This document shows positions 31,941 through 40,195 of a stretch of DNA of 64,000 bases, one piece after another. The notes below the pieces were generated by a model. The model made no database searches. It was given only the letters and a program-made list of their open reading frames with translations, and was not told where the DNA came from. This DNA is from an uncultured Planctomycetota bacterium (GTDB lineage Bacteria > Planctomycetota > Planctomycetia > Isosphaerales > Isosphaeraceae): NCBI GenBank assembly GCA_963737655.1, contig CAVTTN010000002.1:2848001-2912000 (forward strand), in the 5' to 3' direction. The stretch's first letter is position 1, and each line of letters opens with the position of its first letter. A program made the translations under genes and the position numbers.

Positions 31941-34900
31941 GTGTCCGATCCGTCCTCGATGGAAGCCCTCTTCGACGCCGAAGCCCGCTCGCTGGCCGAG
32001 TCCCCGCCCCGCCGCCCGGGCTCGACGTACCGCCTCCAGCTCCACAAGGGCTTCCGGCTCGAAGATGCCCGCGCCATCGTGCCCTACCTCCGCGACCTCG
32101 GCGTGACCGACCTGTACCTGTCGCCCTACCTCGACGCCCGACCCGGCTCGACCCACGGCTACGACGTCTTCGACCACTCGCGGATCAATCCCGAGGTGGG
32201 CACCGACGAGGACCACGCCCGGCTCGTGGCCGATCTCGCCCTCGTCGGCATGGGCCGCGTCCTGGACGTGGTCCCCAATCACATGGGCATCAACGGGCCG
32301 AATCGCTACTGGCTGGACGTCCTGGAGATGGGGCCGTCGTCCGAGTTCGCCCCGTTCTTCGACATCGACTGGCACCCCGTGAAGGACGAGCTGGATGGAC
32401 GGGTCCTCCTGCCGATCCTGGAGGACCAGTACGGCAAGGTCCTCGAAGACGGCAAGCTCGTCCTGGAGCGCCGGGGCGGCGAGTTCGTCCTCCAGTACCA
32501 CGAGCGGACGCTCCCCCTGGCGCCCAAGTCCTATTCCTCGATCCTCGGCCGGGCGTCGCGAGAGATCATCTCGCGGTTCGACCCGGACGATCCCCACGTC
32601 CTGGAATTCCTGAGCGTCTGGGCCTCGGCCGAGAACATGCCGGATCGGGACGCGACCCGACCCGAAGACGTCGCCCACCGCCACCGGGAGCGCCGGGTGC
32701 TCCACCGGCGAATCCGCCGCCTCTGCGAGGAGGCGCCCGAGATCTGCTCGTTGATCGACGCCGGCGTGGCCGGCTTCGCGGGCGTCCCGGGCGAGCCCTC
32801 CACGTTCGACCCGCTGCACCGGCTCCTGGAGGAGCAGGCCTACCGCCTGGCCTTCTGGCGGGTGGCCGCCCAGGAAATCAATTATCGACGATTTTTCGAT
32901 ATCAACGACCTCGCCGGCCTGAGGACCGAAGACCCCCGCGTCTTCGAAGCGGTCCACGCGCTGATCTTCCGATGGATGGCCGAGGGGGGCGTCACCGGGC
33001 TCCGGATCGACCACCCCGACGGCCTCGCCGACCCACTGGGCTATTTCCAGAGGCTCCAGGAGGCCGCGTTCCTCATCCGCTGCCGGGCCCGGTTCGATGC
33101 CGGGCACGGCGACCCGGCCGACTGGGTCGAGATCGCCCGGGGGCTTCGGAGACGGTTCCGCGAGGCCGCCCGCGAGCCGAATTCGCCCCTGGCCCGGCCC
33201 TCGCCGATCGTGGCCGAAAAGATCCTGAGCCGGGGCGAGGCCCTCCCCGACGGCTGGCCGATCGATGGCACGGTTGGATACGAATATCTCAACGTGATCA
33301 ATGGCCTGTTCATCGATCCCGCGGCCGAGGCGACCCTCGGCGCGACCTACGCCGAGTTCACCGGCGACCGCGAGCCGTTCGCCGAGGTCCTGTACCACGC
33401 CAAGGAGCGGATCGCCAGGGATTCCCTGGTCAGCGAGGTCAACATGCTCGCCCGCCAGCTCAACCGCGTGAGCGAGTTCGACCGCCGGAGCCGGGACTTC
33501 ACCCTGAACGACCTGCGCGTCGGGATCCGCGAAGTGATCGCTTGCTTTCCCGTCTATCGGACGTACCTCCAGCCCGGGCAGCCGCCGTCGGACCGCGATC
33601 GGGGCTACATCGAGCAGGCCGTGGCCCGGGCCCGGAAGAGGAACCCGGGGGTGGACGGCTCGTTGTTCGACTTCCTCCGCTCGGTCCTTTTGCTCGAAGG
33701 CGGAGGGGGCGCGTCGATCGAGGGGCGGTCGCTCGCCGAGACGTTCGTGAAGCGGTTCCAGCAGACCACCGGCCCGATGCAGGCCAAGGGGCTGGAAGAC
33801 ACCGCGTTCTATCGCCAGTACCCCCTGGTCTCGATCAACGAGGTCGGCGCCGACCCGTCGCGGTTCGGGATCTCGCCCTCGGCCTTCCACGCGATGAACG
33901 CCGACCGCCTGGCCCACTGGCCGGGGTCGCTCGGGACTACCGCCACCCACGACACCAAGCGAGGCGAGGACGCGAGGATCCGGATCGACGCCCTCTCCGA
34001 GTTCCCCGAGCGATGGAAGGCCCACCTCGCCCGATGGCAACGGATCAACGCGAGGAAGAAGGTCGAGGTCCGCGGGGCCCCGGCGCCCGACGCTCGCGAG
34101 GAATACCTGCTCTACCAGGCCCTGGTCGGCGGCTGGCCGATCGGCGGCCCCGACGACGCCTCGCCGGAGGGCTTCAGCGATCGCGTGAGCGGCTTCTTCC
34201 TGAAGGCCGTCCGCGAGGCCAAGCTCAACACGAGCTGGTCGGACCCCGAGCCCGACTACGTCCAGGCCCTCGACGCCTTCGTCAAGGCGATCCTCGACGG
34301 ACCCGACGCCTCGGTCTTCATCCGCGACTTCCTCTCGTTCCAGAGGGCGGTCGGGCGAGTCGGGATGGTTCATTCGCTCGCGCAAACGCTCCTGAAGATC
34401 GCCTCGCCCGGCGTGCCGGACGTGTATCAGGGATGCGAACTCTGGGACTTCAGCTTCGTCGATCCCGACAACCGCCGGCCCGTGGATTTCGAGGGCCGGA
34501 GGCGGCTCCTGGAGGGCCTCGACGACGCGATCCGAGCCGGGAAGCCACGCGCCGAAATCGCCCGAGCACTCTTCGCGGCCCCCGAGGACGGCGCGATCAA
34601 GCTCCTGGTCGTCGCGACGGCCCTGCGTCACCGCCACGACAACCAGGCCCTGTATCTGCTCGGCAATTACCGGCCCCTCGACGTCGAGGGAGAGCACCGA
34701 ACGAGGGTCGTCGCCTTCGGCCGCCACCGCGAGGGCAAGGCCGTGATCGTGGCCTCGCCCCGGCTCGTCGCCCCCCTGATGGGCGACGACGCCCTGGCCA
34801 TGCCCCTGGGCCGGGAGGTCTGGAATGACACCCGATTGACACTCCCCGAAGGCCCCATCCCCAGGCTCTGGCGAGACCTCCTGACCGATCGAATCCACGA

Positions 34901-34988
34901 GATCGACGAATCGGCCGGCGCCCCGCCCTCGCTCGCCGTCGGCGACCTGTTCCGAGACGTCCCGCTCGCCTTCCTGTCGGCCGAGTGA
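31941..34988 (+). CDS. treY: Malto-oligosyltrehalose synthase
   Basis: STYRLQ, GSTHGYDV, DVVPNHM, INYRRFFDIN, GLRIDHPDGL, AEKIL, AKGLEDTAFY, ATHDTKRGED, PGVPDVYQG, VDPDNRRPVD. Confidence 0.95.
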   Translation: MSDPSSMEALFDAEARSLAESPPRRPGSTYRLQLHKGFRLEDARAIVPYLRDLGVTDLYLSPYLDARPGSTHGYDVFDHSRINPEVGTDEDHARLVADLALVGMGRVLDVVPNHMGINGPNRYWLDVLEMGPSSEFAPFFDIDWHPVKDELDGRVLLPILEDQYGKVLEDGKLVLERRGGEFVLQYHERTLPLAPKSYSSILGRASREIISRFDPDDPHVLEFLSVWASAENMPDRDATRPEDVAHRHRERRVLHRRIRRLCEEAPEICSLIDAGVAGFAGVPGEPSTFDPLHRLLEEQAYRLAFWRVAAQEINYRRFFDINDLAGLRTEDPRVFEAVHALIFRWMAEGGVTGLRIDHPDGLADPLGYFQRLQEAAFLIRCRARFDAGHGDPADWVEIARGLRRRFREAAREPNSPLARPSPIVAEKILSRGEALPDGWPIDGTVGYEYLNVINGLFIDPAAEATLGATYAEFTGDREPFAEVLYHAKERIARDSLVSEVNMLARQLNRVSEFDRRSRDFTLNDLRVGIREVIACFPVYRTYLQPGQPPSDRDRGYIEQAVARARKRNPGVDGSLFDFLRSVLLLEGGGGASIEGRSLAETFVKRFQQTTGPMQAKGLEDTAFYRQYPLVSINEVGADPSRFGISPSAFHAMNADRLAHWPGSLGTTATHDTKRGEDARIRIDALSEFPERWKAHLARWQRINARKKVEVRGAPAPDAREEYLLYQALVGGWPIGGPDDASPEGFSDRVSGFFLKAVREAKLNTSWSDPEPDYVQALDAFVKAILDGPDASVFIRDFLSFQRAVGRVGMVHSLAQTLLKIASPGVPDVYQGCELWDFSFVDPDNRRPVDFEGRRRLLEGLDDAIRAGKPRAEIARALFAAPEDGAIKLLVVATALRHRHDNQALYLLGNYRPLDVEGEHRTRVVAFGRHREGKAVIVASPRLVAPLMGDDALAMPLGREVWNDTRLTLPEGPIPRLWRDLLTDRIHEIDESAGAPPSLAVGDLFRDVPLAFLSAE

Positions 34989-35028
34989 TGCCTGTTGGGT
35001 ACGGATGGAAAAAATCGTGTCGGAGCTA

Positions 35029-35165
35029 CTCTGCAGAAAACCCCGTCGAGAATGAGGAAACGAGTAGGTCCGACTTCAGTCGGGCCTCCAAAAGGTTTTG
35101 TTATGTAGGCCCGACTGAAGTCGGGCCTACTCGATCGCTGACTCCCAGCGGGGCCTGCTGCAGAG
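35029..35165. repeat. GTAG-type REP doublet with conserved flanks, family B
   Basis: gtaggtccgacttcagtcgggcct ... aggcccgactgaagtcgggcctac; the left flank ccccgtcgagaatgaggaaacga is shared with 57985-58127. Confidence 0.85.
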
Positions 35166-35240
35166 GATGTCGGATCCATTTTCTTCACGAACATTGATCC
35201 GACACCCTTTTCATTCCCCCGCCCCGCGACCGCCCCTCGC

Positions 35241-38200
35241 TCAACGCTCCGGGGCCGCGATCAGCTCCACGCCGGCCGTGGTCTTGCCGGGCTCGACGGT
35301 CACGACGCGAGTGGTCCCCTTGGGGGCCTGCTCGGCGTCCAGCCAGAACGGGGCGACCTGGACGAACTGCTCTCCGGGCCTCACGAACCTGAGCTCGAAG
35401 GTGCCGTCGGCCTTCGTCTTCGTGGTCGGGTCGTAATAGCGGTTCTCGGATTTGTCGGTCGGCTCGGCCCGGACCTCACGCTCGGCCACCGGCTTGCCCC
35501 GGGCGTCCACGACCCGCCCGGTGACGGTCCCGGGGCGGTTCAAGAGGATGGTCACGTCCTCGATCAACTGCCCGGGCGTGGTCTTCATCGGCGGGGCCAC
35601 GCCGTTGGCCCAGTTCCGCCATTGTTCATATTTGCCGTCATGGGCCACGAGGTTGTATTCCGAGTCCCCGCTCGCCGGCAGGAGCGCGACGAACCGGCCG
35701 TCCCCGTCGGTCTCGACGCTGAACCGGGTGTCGCCGGTCAACGAGTTGCCCGACCCCGTGAGCGCCGGCGCCACCGTGGCCCCGGCCACGGGCTTGCCGT
35801 CGGGATCGACGACCTTCCCCCGGATCGTCACGGCCATCTCGAACACGACCTTGACGGGCGCCATCCCGGGCGTCATGTCGAAGTCCAGGCCGTCGAAGTT
35901 CCTCTGGAAGCTCCGGCCGTGAAATCCTTCCTTCTGGAATCGTGACCACTCGCTCACGCACGAATCCGACCACCAGCGCACATATCCCTTGGCCTCGACC
36001 TGATCGAAGTTGATCCGACCCGGCATGACGAACGGGATGCGGATCGTGCCCTCGGCGTCCGAGATGCCCGAGACGCCCGGGTTCTGCCAGACCGAGAGCG
36101 TCGCGCCGCGGATCGGGGTGCCGGTCAGGCTATCCACGGCCTTCGCCACGAAGGTCACGCCCTCGTTCAGGGTGATGTCGAGCGGTCGGACCTGGTCGGC
36201 CGCGATGCTCTGGCCCTGCATCCTCGCCACGCCCTTGCCGGGCACGCGGACCTGGATATCGTAGCCCGCCGGCTCGACGTACAGCCGATAGCGGCCGTCC
36301 TTGCCGGATCTCGTCTCGGTCGTGCATTCGGAGAGCATGAACCCGGCGGCCCGGCGAGGCCCGCTGTCGGCCCGGATCGGGGCATCGGCCACGGGCGAGC
36401 CGTCGGGGGCGATCACCTTCCCCTCGAAATAGGTCGAGTTGCCCAGGACCACGACCCACCCCGGCTCGCCGACGACCTTGTCGAGATGAAACTGCGTCTC
36501 ATATCCCGGCTTGCTCACGCGAACCTCGATCTTGTTGCCCGGGATGAAGTCCTTGTATTTGAAGAAGCCATCGGCGTCGGTCTTCGTGTGATAGTTGGGC
36601 ATCCAGTGAAACACGGCGACCTCGGCCCCCTCGATCGGCTTGCCGCCGGAATCGACCACGCGGCCGGCGAACTCGTCCCGGGCGACCTTTTGAGGCCCTC
36701 GCACGTCCCCCTTCGGCAACGCCGGGACCTTGATGACGACCTCGCCCGAGGCGTCCGGGACGGCGCGGACCTCCTCGGTCCGCCCATCGGCCAACTCAAC
36801 CTGGAAGCTCGCGGCCTGGTTCAGAGAGAACTCGGCCCCGGGCCTCTCATCCAGGCGGAACCGGCCCTGAGCGTCGGCTATCCCGCTCGGCTGATTCATG
36901 GGCATGCAGCGGAACTGGTCGCAGACGCCGACGATGCTCGCCCCGGGCAAGGGGCGGCCCTTCGCATCCACAATCGTGCCCGAAATGCCCGCCGCCGGGA
37001 CCATCGTGAACGTGGGGAGGGCGAACGTCCCGGCGTTTTCGGGGATCGTGACGAGCCGTCCCGACCGATCCTCGTCGCTGGCGAGGAAGCCCTTCACCGA
37101 GCCACCCGGAGAGATTCGGCTCGTCCCGGGAGGCATCCGCAAGCGATATCGCCCGTCGGCATCCGTCGCGACCGTCGGCCCGGAATGCCCGGTCTCCGGG
37201 TCGACGGCCCGCATCGGGACGCCCGGGATCGGCTTGCCGAGGGTCGAATGGACCCGCCCTTCGGCCATCACGCCGGGGCTCAACGTCACGGTCGTCTCCG
37301 CGGTGTTTCCCGATCCGACCTCGACGATCGGGGGACGAGCGATCCATTTCGAGGTATCGTCGCCCATTCCCACCGTCACGGCCACCCGGCCGGGGAAGAG
37401 CCCGTCGAACTCGAAACGGCCCTCGGCGTCCGCGAACGTCTCGGCCGCATTGGAATCGTCGAAGTCCGAGGCCGAGCGGACGCTCTTCACGCCGACGGCC
37501 CGTCCGCCAACGTCCACGCCCGGCACCTTCGTCTCGATCCGCCCGACCAGCCTCGCCGCCGGGATGGCGGTGAACGTCGAGGGGGAATCGGCCGAACTCT
37601 CCACGCATCCCAGCCGAGAGGACGGCGCGCCTCGTCCCGGCTTCTTCTCGACCCTCATCCGCGCCCCATCGGCGGCGACGATTTCCAGACGCGCCGCGAC
37701 CCCCTCCTGAAGGTTCGGCACTTTCGCAAGCCCCGAAGTGTCCGTCTTCGCCTCCAGGAGGCCGGCGAAGGCGGTCCCCTCGAGGTGTCTCGGGCGGTAG
37801 TAGGCGAAAGAGGTCATCGTGTGGTCGCCCGAGGTGGTCGAATAACTCGTGATCTCGACCCGGACCGTCGCGCCAACCAGCGGGTTCCCCTCACGATTCA
37901 CGAACCGGGCGACGAACGGCGAGGGCCGAGCAAGTCGGAACGCGTTGGAACGCTCCCGGCCGACGAAGTTGGTCCGGGTCGAGACCGCATACCCGGCCTT
38001 GTGGACGAAGACGGCATACTGGCTCAAGCCCTCCGGCGCCTCGACCCGGAAATCGCCGTTCCCGTCCGTCCTCCCCGAGATTTTTCGGACCTCCTTCCCA
38101 TCGACGACCACGAGGACATCGGCCCCCTCGATCGGGTGGCCGTCGGAATCATCGACCCTCCCGACCACAACCGCCTTCCTCTTCTCCTCCTTGGCGTTCT

Positions 38201-39347
38201 CCGCGTCTTGGCGGTTCACATCCTCGACCCGAGGAGGGTCCCCGGGCTCGACGGCCCGGACCCTCAGCCCTCCGATCGGCACGGCCAGGGCGATCAGGAT
38301 CAGCGAAGGGCCGAGGATTCGGCCTGGGGAGGCGGGGGCGAGGGTCCGGGGCATGTCGTCCTCCAAAAGACGGCGGATGCGATCTCCGATCGAGCCTCGG
38401 CTGAACAGGGGGAGGGCCGGCGTCCTCAGCCGGCCGGGCTTTCGGGCGAACTCCAGGAGCGTCCGGGCGAAGTCTCTCGGGTCGATCCCCCGCCGGACGG
38501 CCGCCTCGTCGCTGAGGAGCTCGGCCTCGCGGTCGATCCTCGCCAGGAGCCACGCCACTCCGGGATGGAAGAAGAACGCCGAGCGGACCAGCTCGCCCAG
38601 GAGCTTCCCGCGATCGTCCCTCCGGGCCAGGTGGTCGAGCTCGTGGAGGAGGCAGGCCCTCTGGGCCGACTCGGGAAGCTCCGGCCAGTCCCCTGGGACC
38701 AGGACCATCGGCCTCCAACCGCCCACCGCGATCGGCGACAGGACCTCGCGATGAATCCGCAGGACGATCATTCGATTCGTCCCGATCTCGGACAGGCACG
38801 AGGCGAACACCCCAAGGGCCACGCCGCCCGGGTCCTCCGAGGTCCGTCGAAGTCGGGCTAACGACCGGATCGCGACGGCGAGGCGGATCAACCCGACGCT
38901 CATTCCGGCGAGCCAGGAGAAGGCCAGGGCTCGAAGGGCCGACAGTTTCATGTCGACCGGCGAGACCTTCGGCCCGGGAGGACCGGGCCGCGGATTCGGC
39001 GCCCTTCTCGGGGCCATCACGACGACCCCCGGCCCACTCGGCGGCGGAAGCCGGGGCATCGAGGTCGGCACCGGCTCGGTCGAGACCCGGGGCGGCGGCG
39101 ATGTCTCGACCCGGGCCGGCTCCGGCCTCGCCGGGACCGTCCAGCGGGCCTCGACCCGAGGGAACACCGGGATCAACACCCCGAGGGCCAGCGAGGCCCG
39201 CCCCAGCCAGTGGCGGCTCGCGGCGGTTTTCGGGGGCGACCAGGCGAACCACCCGGCGAGGACGGCGATCAGGACGCCCCAGCGGACCGACCAGTCCGCC
39301 AGGAGGCCGACCAACCCGGCGACGAACCCATCCAGCAAGTCCATCAT
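35241..39347 (-). CDS. BlaR1/M56 family metallopeptidase sensor with multiple carboxypeptidase-regulatory-like (beta-sandwich) repeats
   Basis: N-terminal TMs; LLHELDHLARRD and FFFHP; then repeated GRVVDxxGKP(I/V)xGAxV...TDxxGRF units; ATGA overlap with the BlaI gene. Confidence 0.9.
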   Translation of the reverse strand: MMDLLDGFVAGLVGLLADWSVRWGVLIAVLAGWFAWSPPKTAASRHWLGRASLALGVLIPVFPRVEARWTVPARPEPARVETSPPPRVSTEPVPTSMPRLPPPSGPGVVVMAPRRAPNPRPGPPGPKVSPVDMKLSALRALAFSWLAGMSVGLIRLAVAIRSLARLRRTSEDPGGVALGVFASCLSEIGTNRMIVLRIHREVLSPIAVGGWRPMVLVPGDWPELPESAQRACLLHELDHLARRDDRGKLLGELVRSAFFFHPGVAWLLARIDREAELLSDEAAVRRGIDPRDFARTLLEFARKPGRLRTPALPLFSRGSIGDRIRRLLEDDMPRTLAPASPGRILGPSLILIALAVPIGGLRVRAVEPGDPPRVEDVNRQDAENAKEEKRKAVVVGRVDDSDGHPIEGADVLVVVDGKEVRKISGRTDGNGDFRVEAPEGLSQYAVFVHKAGYAVSTRTNFVGRERSNAFRLARPSPFVARFVNREGNPLVGATVRVEITSYSTTSGDHTMTSFAYYRPRHLEGTAFAGLLEAKTDTSGLAKVPNLQEGVAARLEIVAADGARMRVEKKPGRGAPSSRLGCVESSADSPSTFTAIPAARLVGRIETKVPGVDVGGRAVGVKSVRSASDFDDSNAAETFADAEGRFEFDGLFPGRVAVTVGMGDDTSKWIARPPIVEVGSGNTAETTVTLSPGVMAEGRVHSTLGKPIPGVPMRAVDPETGHSGPTVATDADGRYRLRMPPGTSRISPGGSVKGFLASDEDRSGRLVTIPENAGTFALPTFTMVPAAGISGTIVDAKGRPLPGASIVGVCDQFRCMPMNQPSGIADAQGRFRLDERPGAEFSLNQAASFQVELADGRTEEVRAVPDASGEVVIKVPALPKGDVRGPQKVARDEFAGRVVDSGGKPIEGAEVAVFHWMPNYHTKTDADGFFKYKDFIPGNKIEVRVSKPGYETQFHLDKVVGEPGWVVVLGNSTYFEGKVIAPDGSPVADAPIRADSGPRRAAGFMLSECTTETRSGKDGRYRLYVEPAGYDIQVRVPGKGVARMQGQSIAADQVRPLDITLNEGVTFVAKAVDSLTGTPIRGATLSVWQNPGVSGISDAEGTIRIPFVMPGRINFDQVEAKGYVRWWSDSCVSEWSRFQKEGFHGRSFQRNFDGLDFDMTPGMAPVKVVFEMAVTIRGKVVDPDGKPVAGATVAPALTGSGNSLTGDTRFSVETDGDGRFVALLPASGDSEYNLVAHDGKYEQWRNWANGVAPPMKTTPGQLIEDVTILLNRPGTVTGRVVDARGKPVAEREVRAEPTDKSENRYYDPTTKTKADGTFELRFVRPGEQFVQVAPFWLDAEQAPKGTTRVVTVEPGKTTAGVELIAAPER

Positions 39348-39751
39348 CGTGGCGGCCCCCCTTCCCCGTCCTCCGATTCCTTCCGGGCGAGCACCTCGTC
39401 GAGCGTCTTGAGCGTCTCGGGGGCGATTTGTTCCGAATCGACCAGCCCGAGGACCAGCCGTTCGGCCGACCCGAGGAAGAACCGGCGGACGAAGTCCGAA
39501 AGCAGGTCGCCGGTCGCCTCGCGTTCGGAGAGCAAGGGCCGATACCGATGCGCCTGGTTTTCCTTGTCGTGGGCGACCAGCCCGGCCTTTTCCATCCCCT
39601 GGAGGAGGCCCAGGACCGTCGTATACGGCTGGGATTCGCCGCCCGGGAGCCGTTCCAGGAGTTCCCGGATCGTCAAAGGCCCCCGTTCCCACAAAACCCG
39701 CAAAACCGCGAACTGGCGATCGGTGATCGCGATCGTCTTCCGCCCAGCCAT
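39344..39751 (-). CDS. BlaI/MecI/CopY family transcriptional repressor
   Basis: ITDRQFAVLRVLWERGP, PYTTVLGLLQGMEKAGLV, FVRRFFLGSAERLV. Confidence 0.92.
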   Translation of the reverse strand: MAGRKTIAITDRQFAVLRVLWERGPLTIRELLERLPGGESQPYTTVLGLLQGMEKAGLVAHDKENQAHRYRPLLSEREATGDLLSDFVRRFFLGSAERLVLGLVDSEQIAPETLKTLDEVLARKESEDGEGGPPR

Positions 39752-39789
39752 CGTTCGATCCCTCCCCGGCAAGCTCACGGATGGTTCAG

Positions 39790-39823
39790 TACGGATTGTT
39801 GCGTAGGACGACTGTCGAGTCAA
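39790..39823 (-). promoter_or_regulatory. Putative blaI promoter with an overlapping TACG-N8-CGTA palindrome (candidate operator)
   Basis: Minus strand TTGACT-17 nt-AACAAT; tacggattgttgcgta spans the -10 box. Confidence 0.5.
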
Positions 39824-39917
39824 GTGCCCATGCCGAAGGATTTCGGAGAAGCGATCGGAGCCAGCGACCGAGGAAGGCCACTGGTTCCCGTTTCCCGAGG
39901 GAAAACCGCCCATCCCC

Positions 39918-39946
39918 TTGACAGGAACGAGTCCCGAGGAAAGAAT
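39918..39946 (+). promoter_or_regulatory. Sigma70 promoter for tRNA-Glu
   Basis: TTGACA-17 nt-AAGAAT, about 20 nt upstream of the tRNA. Confidence 0.65.
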
Positions 39947-39965
39947 GGAACTCGTCAGCGAATCG

Positions 39966-40038
39966 GCCCCCATCGTCTAGTGGCCTAGGATACTAGGTTC
40001 TCAGCCTAGGGACCGGGGTTCGAGTCCCCGTGGGGGTA
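39966..40038 (+). tRNA. tRNA-Glu (anticodon CTC), CCA not encoded
   Basis: Acceptor stem GCCCCCA/TGGGGGT; D-arm GTCTAGTGGCCTAGGAT; anticodon stem CTAGG-TTCTCAG-CCTAG; T-arm CGGGG-TTCGAGT-CCCCG. Confidence 0.96.
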
Positions 40039-40053
40039 TCCCGAAAGGGCATC

Positions 40054-40088
40054 AGGGCTTGCGTCCGCCGGACGCAAGCCCTTTTTTT
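40054..40088 (+). terminator. Rho-independent terminator after tRNA-Glu
   Basis: agggcttgcgtcc-gcc-ggacgcaagccct followed by a T run. Confidence 0.9.
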
Positions 40089-40195
40089 GTTCCTGGCCTG
40101 GAAGGATCAACGCCGCTTGCGGTGTGGTAGGATGGTTGCGTCGCGAGCGCGTCAGGGACGGCTTGGAGTCGGGCCGGTTGGGCATGGAGGTTCCT

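Noticed and set aside
39966..40038. tRNA-Glu as a prophage or island integration site
   Set aside because: No integrase and no duplicated tRNA 3' end found in the window; the native terminator follows directly.
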